Shown here in pieces: positions 48,411-58,207 of a DNA stretch of 64,000 nt. The notes under the pieces were generated by a model. That model was not told the DNA's origin. It did not search any database and saw nothing but the letters and a program-made list of their open reading frames with translations. The first letter of the stretch is position 1, and each line of letters begins with the position of its first letter. The stretch spans positions 750,594 through 814,593 of the forward strand of contig JBAZNA010000001.1 in assembly GCA_041649475.1 (NCBI GenBank), in the 5' to 3' direction. Source of the DNA: Patescibacteria group bacterium (lineage in GTDB: Bacteria; Patescibacteriota; Patescibacteriia; Magasanikbacterales; GWA2-37-8). The translations under genes were made by a program, and so were the position numbers.

Positions 48411-49355
48411 TTAATCAAAATTTATTCGTTCCTTTTCTATTACTAACGGTTTGTGCTTAACTTGCGTATAAATTGCCCCAATATATTCGCCCAGGACCCC
48501 GATAAAAAATAACTGGACCGAACCTAAAAAGAAAATCCCAATTGTTAAAGGCGCCAGGCCGGCTTCAAACCGACTCCAGAAAAGCAATTTATAAATAAAA
48601 TATATCAACCCGACCAGTAAGCTAACCAAGGATAAGCCAAAACCAATAAAACTGGCCAAGCGCAGCGGTATTTTGGAGTGATTGACAAATCCCAACATGG
48701 CCATGTCATACAGGGTATAAAAATTATTTTGTGACTTCCCTTTTTTTCTTTCGGCCTGGGTGTATGTCACTTCAGCGCGCGGAAACCCGATTTCGGTAAT
48801 GAGTCCCCGAAAATATGGATACGGATCGTCAAACTTTCGTAGGGCCTCAATAAATTTTTGGTCATACAGCCCAAAGCCGTTAAAATTTTTAATTTGCTCA
48901 TTCTCGGCAAATTTGCCGATCAAACCATAATATATTTTGCGAATCGCGAACATTACAGGGTTTTCATCGCTTTTATTTTTTATGCCAATAACGACCTTAT
49001 AACCCTCTTCCCATTTTTTAATGAAGTCATTTATAACCGCGGGCGGTTCTTGTAAATCAGCGGCCAACATAACAACCGCGTCCCCTTGCGCTTTAAGCAA
49101 AGCATAATATGGCGAACGGATATGGCCAAAATTTCTGGCATTGACAATAATTTTTACATTTTTATCTTCCTTGGCGATATTTTTCAAAATATTTACGGTT
49201 TCATCTTTGGAATCATTGTCAATAAAAATATGCTCATAATCGTACTGCGGAAAATTGGCAAAAAGCTCTTTTACCTGCTCTCGCGCGGCCGCCACATTAT
49301 CCTGTTCATTATAAGTAGGTGTAATGATGCTGATTTTTTTGCGAAATTCAGACAT
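48411..49355 (-). CDS. gtrB: GtrB/ArnC/Dpm1-like GT2 polyprenyl-phosphate sugar transferase
   Basis: ISIITPTYNEQDNVAAAREQV...IFIDNDSKDETV plus two C-terminal TM segments; sits next to gtrA. Confidence 0.75.
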   Translation of the reverse strand: MSEFRKKISIITPTYNEQDNVAAAREQVKELFANFPQYDYEHIFIDNDSKDETVNILKNIAKEDKNVKIIVNARNFGHIRSPYYALLKAQGDAVVMLAADLQEPPAVINDFIKKWEEGYKVVIGIKNKSDENPVMFAIRKIYYGLIGKFAENEQIKNFNGFGLYDQKFIEALRKFDDPYPYFRGLITEIGFPRAEVTYTQAERKKGKSQNNFYTLYDMAMLGFVNHSKIPLRLASFIGFGLSLVSLLVGLIYFIYKLLFWSRFEAGLAPLTIGIFFLGSVQLFFIGVLGEYIGAIYTQVKHKPLVIEKERINFD

Positions 49356-49359
49356 ATAT

Positions 49360-49827
49360 TTATTTTAAATATTTTTGAATTTTTTCCCACAATTCTTTAT
49401 GATTTTCAATAATATTTTTTGGCATTTTTTTAAAAAATTTACCCTGTTTGGGGGTCATAAATGTTTTGCAAAGAAAAGTTAGAGAAACAACGTGACCGCG
49501 GGAGGCCTGGCTGCAATCTTTGGCAAATAAAAATTTAGCACTTTCCAGGTTAACGCCGAGTTCTTTCCAAGCCACCGCATCTATGCGTTCCTCAAAAGTT
49601 TCCCGGAAACGCATCAAGCCACCGGGAAAATGCCAACCTCTCCACCATTTATCACTGCGCCAGGTAAGCAGGAGTTCGCCTTTTTTATTCACCACCGCCA
49701 GTTCACAAGCCACAAACGGAACAATACCTAACAAGGCATCAAAAACCGGCTGGGGCAGGCCCTCATGCGGATTGTCTATTTTTTTGAGCAGTGAAGATAA
49801 TTGTTTTAGCTCTTTGGCAGTAAGCAT
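49360..49827 (-). CDS. NUDIX hydrolase (possibly GDP-sugar glycosyl hydrolase, NudD/Gmm-like)
   Basis: 155 aa with a NUDIX-box-like GGLMRFRETFEERIDAVAWKELG; the box is degenerate. Confidence 0.4.
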   Translation of the reverse strand: MLTAKELKQLSSLLKKIDNPHEGLPQPVFDALLGIVPFVACELAVVNKKGELLLTWRSDKWWRGWHFPGGLMRFRETFEERIDAVAWKELGVNLESAKFLFAKDCSQASRGHVVSLTFLCKTFMTPKQGKFFKKMPKNIIENHKELWEKIQKYLK

Positions 49828-49831
49828 ATCT

Positions 49832-51505
49832 TTATTCTTTATACATCCCCGCTAACCATTTTTCCAGCATGGGTTGACTGGGATCAAGCATCAGCTCGCA
49901 GACAATCGGACCATTATGATTCATAACTTTTTTTAACTTGTCCAACTCATTATCGTTGTTTATCCGTTCATAAGCCAAACCCCAGGCCGGAATAAGCTTG
50001 CTGAAATCCGGCAGAGTCACACCTGAAGACGGATCGGCGGCAAAAATCTTCTTGAAAAAATTTAAATGGGTGTTCCTAATTGAGTAATAACCATTATTAT
50101 TAAAGATAAATATTTTTAACGGCAAATTATGGTGGACAACTGTTTGCAATTCTTGAATATTGAACATGATTGAACCGTCGCCTTCACAGCATATAACCGG
50201 TTTTTTATTTTCAGCCACGCAGGCGCCAATGGCCAAAGGCAAACCAGAACCCATATGTCCTAACCCGGCATTGGTGATAAATCGATGACCATGCGATATC
50301 TTAAGCGCCTGATGAGAAGTCAAACTGGCCATGCCATTGGCTGTGGCCACATCCATTTTTTCCGGCCAATTATTTAATTCATTGAAAAATCTATAAACAT
50401 TAAGATATTTTTTATCGCCGACATAATTATCCGGATTGATTGGCTCAACCGGCACATCCCACCTGTTTAAATTAATATCCTGTTTATATAATTCTTCCAA
50501 AAATAATTTGGCATCACAATGAACCGGAACATCTATTTTAATGGTTTTTTTATGCATTTCATTTTCATCTATATCAACCATTATTTTTTTTGCCTGGACC
50601 GCAAATTTTTCATGTTCCCAGGAAACTTGCGTGAGCTGTATGCGTTCACCCGCAATTAATAATAAATCACAATTATCAATCGCATAATTGGCTGCTTGAT
50701 TTCCCGGCATCCCCTGCCTGCCTAAATAATACGGATAATCATAGGTAACCAAATCATCAGCAGTAAAAATCGGCGTAACCGTATTGATTTTAAATTTATC
50801 CAGAACTTTCCATAAAATTTCCTCGCCGCCGGCCAAACGAATGCCATTACCGGCCAAGAGCAGCGGTTTTTTTGCCTCCCGCAATAGTTGGGCTATTTTT
50901 TCCATTAAAGCCGGATCCAAAACCGGTTCTTTTTCATCAAACTCGGCCGGGTCAAAAGATTTTAAATTTTCCGGTTCTATTTCCGCGGCCTGCATATCCA
51001 ACGGAATTTCCACAAACACCGGACCGGGTCGATTATGGGTTGATAAATATAGCGCTTTTTCCAAATGATAACGAATTTCTTTTTCATCTAACACAGTCAC
51101 GGTATATTTGGAAACCGGTCTGACCACATCCACTACATTTAATTCTTGCATACCAATTTGTCTGACAACCGGAACTCCGTTTTGGCACGGAGCAATATCA
51201 GCTCTTTTTACTTGCCCGGCAATAACCAGCACCGGAATACTATCAAGCCAGGCGCCGGCCATGCCTGTCAAAGCATTTGTCCCGCCCGGACCAGTGGTAA
51301 CCAAAGCCACACCTGGAGAATTTTTTATCCGGCCATACCCCTCGGCGGCAATGGCCACGGCCTGTTCATGATGACAACAATAATTTTTCAGACCGGATTT
51401 TCCCAGAGAATCAACCAGATGCATAATTCCGCCGCCTGATACCAAAAAAACTGAATCAGCCACTTTTTCCTTTATAAATTGAAAGACATAATCGCTAAGT
51501 TTCAT
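49832..51505 (-). CDS. Thiamine-diphosphate-dependent enzyme of the acetolactate-synthase large-subunit family (YerE-like candidate)
   Basis: N-terminal Pyr domain (HEQAVAIAAEGYGRIKNSPGVALVTTGPGGTNALTGMAGAW) and C-terminal PP domain (GLGHMGSGLPLAIGA...GDGSIMFNIQEL); 557 aa. Confidence 0.8.
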   Translation of the reverse strand: MKLSDYVFQFIKEKVADSVFLVSGGGIMHLVDSLGKSGLKNYCCHHEQAVAIAAEGYGRIKNSPGVALVTTGPGGTNALTGMAGAWLDSIPVLVIAGQVKRADIAPCQNGVPVVRQIGMQELNVVDVVRPVSKYTVTVLDEKEIRYHLEKALYLSTHNRPGPVFVEIPLDMQAAEIEPENLKSFDPAEFDEKEPVLDPALMEKIAQLLREAKKPLLLAGNGIRLAGGEEILWKVLDKFKINTVTPIFTADDLVTYDYPYYLGRQGMPGNQAANYAIDNCDLLLIAGERIQLTQVSWEHEKFAVQAKKIMVDIDENEMHKKTIKIDVPVHCDAKLFLEELYKQDINLNRWDVPVEPINPDNYVGDKKYLNVYRFFNELNNWPEKMDVATANGMASLTSHQALKISHGHRFITNAGLGHMGSGLPLAIGACVAENKKPVICCEGDGSIMFNIQELQTVVHHNLPLKIFIFNNNGYYSIRNTHLNFFKKIFAADPSSGVTLPDFSKLIPAWGLAYERINNDNELDKLKKVMNHNGPIVCELMLDPSQPMLEKWLAGMYKE

Positions 51506-51508
51506 ACA

Positions 51509-52441
51509 TTACACATCTTTAAGCAAATATTCTACAGCGCTATGCACTCTGCCTATCGGAGAAAGTTCTAATCTGTGTAAAAGATAAGGAGGTTTTTCCA
51601 AATCATTCTTCGTTGTTAAAAATTCCTCCGAATTTGTAAAGCTATAGGGGAAACTCAACAATCCTATATCATTTCCACCGGGCATATCCCCAAAAGTGGC
51701 CACCTGAAAATTATCCAATCCTGTCAATTTTAAAATCGTTTTAATTGCCGTCGCCTTGCCGTCCTCTCCGAATTTTTTGGTAATCTCCATAAAATTTTTT
51801 CCTGATATGGCAACAAACTCTTTTCCAAGTTCAATTCTAACTCTCGCTGTTATATCTTTGCCCAAACTTTTATCCTTCGGTAAAACAAAAGTAACTTTTG
51901 CATTCTCTGTAAATATTTCTCCGTTATAAGGCCGGCAGACTGCCAAAATTTCAACCGGAATATAACCTTCCCAATCTTCCTGCAAAAAATTACTAAATGT
52001 CTCTAAACCTTCCTCTGATAAGTCGCCCCTGCTAATACCTAATTCTTGATACACTTTTCTTCCGGCGGCAACCGCGTGAATAATTTGTGGTAATTCAAAA
52101 CCATGATTATAGATTTCAACCATTTCATCCTGTTTCACTTCGTAGAGAATCGCACCGTTGCCTCCGGAAATAAATACGGGAGTAACAATATTCTTTCTCT
52201 TTAACAATTGCTGCAATGGCGGCCCCAGGGTCTTTAAGGCCGTAGCGGCCCGGCCGGTGATAAAAGCAATTGATTTATTCTTATCCAAAATTTTTTCCAC
52301 CAATCTAATTGCTTCATCAACCTTATAATCAATGCCATTATAAACAGTGCCGTCATAATCCAAACCAAACAATTTTATTTTTGCTACGGCCTCTGCTAGT
52401 TTGGTCCTGGTTACGGCAAAATGTTTTTCCATGTTAGACAA
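51509..52441 (-). CDS. HAD-IIB (Cof-like) sugar-phosphate phosphatase
   Basis: LFGLDYDGTV is HAD motif I (DxDxT); a C-terminal GDMPGGND matches HAD motif IV. Confidence 0.55.
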   Translation of the reverse strand: MSNMEKHFAVTRTKLAEAVAKIKLFGLDYDGTVYNGIDYKVDEAIRLVEKILDKNKSIAFITGRAATALKTLGPPLQQLLKRKNIVTPVFISGGNGAILYEVKQDEMVEIYNHGFELPQIIHAVAAGRKVYQELGISRGDLSEEGLETFSNFLQEDWEGYIPVEILAVCRPYNGEIFTENAKVTFVLPKDKSLGKDITARVRIELGKEFVAISGKNFMEITKKFGEDGKATAIKTILKLTGLDNFQVATFGDMPGGNDIGLLSFPYSFTNSEEFLTTKNDLEKPPYLLHRLELSPIGRVHSAVEYLLKDV

Positions 52442-55025
52442 TCCAATATGTTAACGTGGTCTTGCGATTTTTATTGCCCAGTATGCTCTCGTCGTCATAA
52501 TAGGAATCCCCGGGAATGTGGGTGGTTGAAATCTCTTCAAAAACACAGCCATTTTTACTGCCGAATGAATGCTTGGTTCCGCGTTCCAAGGTAACAATAT
52601 CCCCGGCTTTGCTTTCAATCGGTTTGCCGTCAACAACGAAGGTGGCATCCCCATACAAAACATGAAATGTTTCTTCTTTTATTTTATGGTAATGACACGG
52701 ATGCTGTTGGCCGGGCAAAAGAACAATTAATTTTTTGCAATATTCCCGGTTAAGACAAGTGATTAAACTGGCTCCGTATTCATAAAATTTATCTAAACCA
52801 TAATGATGGGAAAGATCAAAATCCCATTTGTTGGAGATGGCGATATTGGCTTGCCTTAAAAGTTTATTAATTTTTTCCACAGCCTCATAAACTTTCTCGC
52901 GGGATTCCATTTTGGCAACATCCGCAGCCATAATCGGTTCTTTGGCCTTAAAATCCTTTGTGGCCGTAAAAATCGTATATTTTGACAGTTCGTTAGCCAA
53001 AATTTGCCCATCCTGATTGGGGAAGGCAAAAAAGGTATTTTTCATATCAACTTTCTCGCCGGCTTTAATATCAACAGCGGCATATGCTCCTCTTTGAAAT
53101 TGGCGTATATCGGCCAGCTCTTGTGGGGCAAAGTCATGTCTTTTTCCGCTAACCCCGCGCATTCGGTAGGCCTGCCGGGCAGATTCCAGCCATTTTTTAA
53201 CTTGCTCGGGCAGAGCTGAATAGGCATTAAGCGCATATTTATCGGTTTTGACTCCCACATGCTTTTCAAAAATTCGCGCGCCTTTAGCCACGGCCATTTT
53301 TATGGCCTCAAAATTATCAGGCGCTTCATGGGTGGAATAACCGATGGTAACTTCAGGATATCTCTCCCGCAGTAAAGTTATCTGATTAAATTGCAGTTGA
53401 TCTTCCGGAGTCGGGTATTGGCCAACGCAATGCATGATGGCAAATTTTTTATTGCGATGCTCCAGGAAACTGACTACCTTATCAATGTCCTCCAACTTCA
53501 CTCCGCCAGTGGAAGCGATAATCGGTTTGTCATATTGAGCAATCTTTTCCCAAAGCGGCCAGTCGGTAAAAGAGGCGCTGGCAACTTTTATAATATCGTA
53601 ATCATGACTGACCACATTTTCCACTGACTTTTCATCAAAGGGAGTACAAATGGTTAGAAAACCAAAATTTTTGGCTTCATTTTTCAACATTAAAAATTGT
53701 TCCGCAGACAGCCGCGTCTCGGAAAAACGTTTAATATATTTCAAATCCATTCTGTCTTTATAATCAGGATGAATAAAGGTATCCAAATCCCGGTACTGAA
53801 ATTTAAAGGCAAACTGAAACTCGGGAAAATCCTTGCTGACTTCATGCATTTCCCTGATAATTTTTAGCCCATGTTCAACATCACCCATGTGATTATTGGC
53901 CATCTCAAAAATGAATAACGGCTTGGTCTCCTTCTCTCCTTGCGGGCTGAATATTTGTTCAATATTTTCCATAATATTAGTAAAATCTCCTTGTAAAAAA
54001 TTAATTGTTCGTTTAATTGCTTCTTCCAGGCCAACCGTTTCCTTAAGACCTAATTCTGTCTGCGCTCTTTCGGTGGAGGGCACATATTGTTCCGGCGGCC
54101 CATCTTTGGCTGTTTGAGCTATTTTAACTTCAACCGGACGCTTTAGACATTGTGCCACCTTTTGGGCCAATTCCGCAATAGTGACACACATTTGCGAACC
54201 GACATTATAGGGCCGGCATGATTGTCCTTTAAAAAGAATTGTCCATAACCAAACCATCAGGTCAGCCGCGTAGAGATATGAACGAACGGTTGTGCCATCA
54301 CCCTTAACCTGAATTGGACCGCCGTTTGAACCATCCCGGATAAAATTGCCGACCGCATAATGAACATCCAAGGGCAGATGAGGACCAACGAAACTGAAAC
54401 AACGCGCAATTTTTATTTCTATGCCATATTTATTGGCATAATATCCGCAGAGAAACTCGGCTGCTCTTTTACTCTCTCCCCAAACCGAGTTAATATCTGT
54501 CGGATCAGGCGCGCCATTATATTCTTCCGGGATATTACTGATATCAGCTGGCTGTTTCCCATAAACAACCCCGGAACTGGTATAAAGAAATTTTTTAGCT
54601 CCGGAGTGGACGGCAAAATCCAGAGTGTGTCTTGTTCCTTCTACTACCGTCTCAAATTTCACCAATGGATCTTCATTATTAAAGGTGGCTACAGCCGAGG
54701 TGGCGGCGGCGTGGATAATATGTGAAAATTCTCCAACCGGAAACTCAAAATTTCTGACATCGCCAATCTGAAATTTTATTGCCGAATTATCGGCCAGATG
54801 CGGCGCTTTCTTTTTAAATTCTTCCAAACTTCTGGTCAAAACAACGGCCTCGGCCTGCAGATCAAATTTTTCATTGGCTCGGATAAAACTTTCCAAAAAC
54901 CAACAGCCAAAAAATCCGGTACCGCCGGTGATAAACAAGCGCTTGCCTCTAAGTTCTTCCCAAAGGCCCGGAGTCAAATTTAAAATTTGATCCAAATCGT
55001 TTGTAAGCGGGTTTATATCACTCAT
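52434..55025 (-). CDS. Four-domain fusion: extended-SDR epimerase/dehydratase, NeuB-like ulosonic-acid synthase, SAF domain and C-terminal cupin
   Basis: SDR: LFITGGTGFFGCWFL. NeuB: PLFIFEMANNHMGDVEHGLKII...IMHCVGQYPTP. SAF: ...KAGEKVDMKNTFFAF. Cupin: HPCHYHKIKEETFHVLYGDATFVVDGKPIESKAGDIVTLERGTKHSF. Confidence 0.7.
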   Translation of the reverse strand: MSDINPLTNDLDQILNLTPGLWEELRGKRLFITGGTGFFGCWFLESFIRANEKFDLQAEAVVLTRSLEEFKKKAPHLADNSAIKFQIGDVRNFEFPVGEFSHIIHAAATSAVATFNNEDPLVKFETVVEGTRHTLDFAVHSGAKKFLYTSSGVVYGKQPADISNIPEEYNGAPDPTDINSVWGESKRAAEFLCGYYANKYGIEIKIARCFSFVGPHLPLDVHYAVGNFIRDGSNGGPIQVKGDGTTVRSYLYAADLMVWLWTILFKGQSCRPYNVGSQMCVTIAELAQKVAQCLKRPVEVKIAQTAKDGPPEQYVPSTERAQTELGLKETVGLEEAIKRTINFLQGDFTNIMENIEQIFSPQGEKETKPLFIFEMANNHMGDVEHGLKIIREMHEVSKDFPEFQFAFKFQYRDLDTFIHPDYKDRMDLKYIKRFSETRLSAEQFLMLKNEAKNFGFLTICTPFDEKSVENVVSHDYDIIKVASASFTDWPLWEKIAQYDKPIIASTGGVKLEDIDKVVSFLEHRNKKFAIMHCVGQYPTPEDQLQFNQITLLRERYPEVTIGYSTHEAPDNFEAIKMAVAKGARIFEKHVGVKTDKYALNAYSALPEQVKKWLESARQAYRMRGVSGKRHDFAPQELADIRQFQRGAYAAVDIKAGEKVDMKNTFFAFPNQDGQILANELSKYTIFTATKDFKAKEPIMAADVAKMESREKVYEAVEKINKLLRQANIAISNKWDFDLSHHYGLDKFYEYGASLITCLNREYCKKLIVLLPGQQHPCHYHKIKEETFHVLYGDATFVVDGKPIESKAGDIVTLERGTKHSFGSKNGCVFEEISTTHIPGDSYYDDESILGNKNRKTTLTYWIV

Positions 55026-55028
55026 AGT

Positions 55029-56120
55029 TTAGTCGCGATACAGTTTGCGCTCTTCCGGCTTAATATAATCTTCCTCATTAAACACTTCATTATATGACAC
55101 CGGTAATGGCTTGCCATATACCTTTGGGACAATATATTTATTAATAAAATCTTTATCCTCGGCCATATAACAGGACTCATAATACTGGCCAAAATATTTT
55201 ATATTTAGTCCTCTCTCAATAATGTCTTTAAGCGGTTCCTTGAAAAAATTCCCCAAGGAAACATGCATATACGGACAGGGCATCACGTCGCCATATTTGG
55301 TGATGGATATCATTCTCTTGACGGCAATACAGCCCAAATCCATGCCATATGACGGGGTTAAATGGGTGAAAGCATCGCACTCTTTTTCCAACCCGCGCAT
55401 ATAATTCATATCGTCTTTGTCCACCATGGCCTCAAAGTTCCCTTCCCAATCCCCGACCGGTTTGGCATAGGTGACAAAAACCGGCACGCCTTTTTGATTT
55501 AAAAATTTTAAAAAATCTTTAAATTCTTCCGACTTCAAGCGCTGTTTGGTAACAACGGTTTGCACAATAATATATAACCCGACTTTCTGGCAGGCCTCAA
55601 TTGCCCGCAAGGCGTTTTGGTACGCACCCGGTCTCTTTCTAAAATCATCATGGGCTTGGCTGTCCAAACTGTCCAAACTTAACTGGACTTTATCAACGCC
55701 AATATCTTTTAAATGTTTGGCTTTAGCTTCATCCAAAAACCAGCCGTTGGAATCGGAAACAATATAAAATTTCTGCGGATCAATGGCTTTAATTATTTCA
55801 TCAAAATCCGGAAACACCAGGGGTTCGCCGCCGGTAAGCACAATCTGCGCCAAACCCATCTCATCGGCTTGCCTGGCCAATTCTTTTACATCAGCCGGGG
55901 TAAAAGCCCGGTCTCCGGCCGGACGCCGCAGTTTGGTAATGCAACAGTGCTCACAACGAAAATTACAGGTGTAATCATACTGAAACTGAAGCATGGCAAT
56001 ACTTTCGCCTTTCTTGATCTTTTCTTCAAACTTCATTATTTTTTCATAAACATACGGTTTCGTTTCTTTTAATGTGTTCCTCCGGCTGGTTTCCGCTGCC
56101 TTTAATTCTGGTTGAGTCAT
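55029..56120 (-). CDS. Radical-SAM enzyme with a Cys-rich C-terminal (SPASM/twitch-like) extension
   Basis: YDYTCNFRCEHCC (CxxxCxxC), plus additional C-terminal Cys (...DVMPCPYMHVS...ESCYM). Confidence 0.65.
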   Translation of the reverse strand: MTQPELKAAETSRRNTLKETKPYVYEKIMKFEEKIKKGESIAMLQFQYDYTCNFRCEHCCITKLRRPAGDRAFTPADVKELARQADEMGLAQIVLTGGEPLVFPDFDEIIKAIDPQKFYIVSDSNGWFLDEAKAKHLKDIGVDKVQLSLDSLDSQAHDDFRKRPGAYQNALRAIEACQKVGLYIIVQTVVTKQRLKSEEFKDFLKFLNQKGVPVFVTYAKPVGDWEGNFEAMVDKDDMNYMRGLEKECDAFTHLTPSYGMDLGCIAVKRMISITKYGDVMPCPYMHVSLGNFFKEPLKDIIERGLNIKYFGQYYESCYMAEDKDFINKYIVPKVYGKPLPVSYNEVFNEEDYIKPEERKLYRD

Positions 56121-56124
56121 AATT

Positions 56125-57255
56125 TCAATTTAAGATTAAAACGGCCATCCCATTGTACTTTTCATGTATGATTTTAGCAACCTCATCAGCATAACTGCCG
56201 GCCATAATAATAATCGCCTCAACCGGATCAGAATTTAATTTTTCCGGAGCCACAATTGGTATATGCGTGGCCGGGGTGAATTTGCCCTGTTTAAAAGACG
56301 CGGAGTCAACAACATATTTAATTTTTCCTTCCAGATTCAATAAAGCCAGAGTCGCAAACGCCTGATGCCCGGCTCCCCAAACCGCTACCTTGCCGGGCGC
56401 AAACCGATTAATATAGTCCTCAATCTCTTTTTTAAGTTTTGCCTGTTTGTCGGAAAATAAAGCCAGGTCGGTTTTTCTTCTTTTTTTAACGACAGCGGAA
56501 ATTATATAATCATGCCAAACCTCTTTGCACTCCAAAACCTCAAAACCATTTATTTGCAAGGTTGTTTTCAGGGTTTCTTTGGTAAAATAAAACAGATGGT
56601 CGCGCATGAATTCTGAAAAAAGATTGTCCCGCAAAATCATGTCAAAGTTCGGCACCTCCACTATGCCAACCGCGCCGTCAGCCAAATTATTACTTATTCC
56701 GGCAAGCATTAGATTAAGATTTGGCAGATGTTCCAGCCAGCTTAAAACAAAAAAAGCGTCAAAGGGCGAATTGTCTATTTTGTAATCTTCTGTTTCTACA
56801 AATCCTTTACTAACTTTTAAACCATTTTTTAAGCACTGCGCCGCCGAGTCATCACCGTATTCCAAACCATAGGCATCGGCACCGGTTTGAGACATTATGG
56901 TCAAATACTCTCCCCTGCCACAGCCAATTTCAATGATTTTTTTACCGGCGAGAGAATATTTTTTGACAAAATCTTTAAACTGGCCGGATCGAAACTCTTT
57001 CATCTCCGGTGAAATCCCGGCCGCGCGTATGACTTCTCTATAATAAGAAACTGGTTCGCCAACCAGTTGCACTAGACCGCAACCCGCGCACTGATAAATT
57101 TCCAAATCCATCCCTTTATCCCGCGCGATTGTTGCCTCATCCGGTAAATGCTGGGCAACCATTGGCATGTTCTCATATTTTAACAGGGGTTCCGCCAACA
57201 ATGCCTTACCGCAAACCCGGCAATTATTTTTTGATAAAATGCTGGTACCATGCAT
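56125..57255 (-). CDS. NDP-hexose C-methyltransferase (TylCIII/Methyltransf_13-14 family)
   Basis: N-terminal Zn-binding CRVCGK...YQCAGCGLVQL, then IIEIGCGRGEYL (motif I), and a C-methyltransferase C-terminal domain. Confidence 0.65.
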   Translation of the reverse strand: MHGTSILSKNNCRVCGKALLAEPLLKYENMPMVAQHLPDEATIARDKGMDLEIYQCAGCGLVQLVGEPVSYYREVIRAAGISPEMKEFRSGQFKDFVKKYSLAGKKIIEIGCGRGEYLTIMSQTGADAYGLEYGDDSAAQCLKNGLKVSKGFVETEDYKIDNSPFDAFFVLSWLEHLPNLNLMLAGISNNLADGAVGIVEVPNFDMILRDNLFSEFMRDHLFYFTKETLKTTLQINGFEVLECKEVWHDYIISAVVKKRRKTDLALFSDKQAKLKKEIEDYINRFAPGKVAVWGAGHQAFATLALLNLEGKIKYVVDSASFKQGKFTPATHIPIVAPEKLNSDPVEAIIIMAGSYADEVAKIIHEKYNGMAVLILN

Positions 57256-58186
57256 AGGTTTCTTTTACTGCCGACTCAAAATCAGAATGTGGCGACCATC
57301 CCAAAATTCTGTCCGCTTTGGCAAAATTCAAACTTTGGCCCGGTATCTCATTTTTCTGATTATTTAAAATCTTATAATTTATTTTTACATCAATAACTTT
57401 AGAAATCTTTTCAATGAGATCCAGCACGGAAACATTTAAACCGGAACTGAAGTTAAAGGCCTCGCCTTGTGTTTTATCAATATTTTCCGCCAAAGACAGA
57501 TATCCATCCACAACATCTTTCACATAAATATAATCCCGTTTAAACGTGCCGTCACTGCGCAAATCCAAAACATTGCCGGTTATTGCGGCCATCATGATTC
57601 CCGGAACAATCCTGTCCATATTTAAATCCCCGGGGCCGAAAATATTACCGCAACGGCTGATAGCCACCGGCAATTTATAGGTTCTGTAGTAAGTGCGCGC
57701 GACTAAATCAGTGCAGGACTTGGAAACATCATAGGGATGATCGCCGGACAAAGCAAAATTCTCATCGGCATTCTGGCAATTTTTTCCGTAGGCCTTATCG
57801 CTGGAGGCCACTACCACGGCCTTGATATACGGTGAGTGTCGGGCCGCTTCCAAAACATTAACCGTTCCCATTATATTTGAAGCAAAGGTCTCGTATGGAT
57901 TTATAAAAGCGGCAGTGACAATCGGCTGGGCCCCGATATGAAAAACATGGCTGATTTCATACTTTGTCAAAATTTCAAACATCCGGTCTTTATTTTTAAG
58001 ATCGCCGTTTACACGAACTACTTTAGAACCAAAATTATTTGTTTCAAAATATGAATTCGGATCACAGCTGCGACTCAAACAAACTATTTGACGCGGTTGT
58101 AGCTTTAAAAGTTCCTCAACCAGATGAGAACCGACCAACCCGGTGGCGCCGGTTACAAAAATATTTTTTCCGGTGAGCGTGCTCAT
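57224..58186 (-). CDS. NAD-dependent epimerase/dehydratase (CDP-sugar reductase/epimerase candidate)
   Basis: KNIFVTGATGLVGSHLVEELL and HPYDVSKSCTDLV (YxxxK). Confidence 0.7.
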   Translation of the reverse strand: MSTLTGKNIFVTGATGLVGSHLVEELLKLQPRQIVCLSRSCDPNSYFETNNFGSKVVRVNGDLKNKDRMFEILTKYEISHVFHIGAQPIVTAAFINPYETFASNIMGTVNVLEAARHSPYIKAVVVASSDKAYGKNCQNADENFALSGDHPYDVSKSCTDLVARTYYRTYKLPVAISRCGNIFGPGDLNMDRIVPGIMMAAITGNVLDLRSDGTFKRDYIYVKDVVDGYLSLAENIDKTQGEAFNFSSGLNVSVLDLIEKISKVIDVKINYKILNNQKNEIPGQSLNFAKADRILGWSPHSDFESAVKETYAWYQHFIKK

Positions 58187-58207
58187 AGTCCGTTAAATAT
58201 AAAAAAT

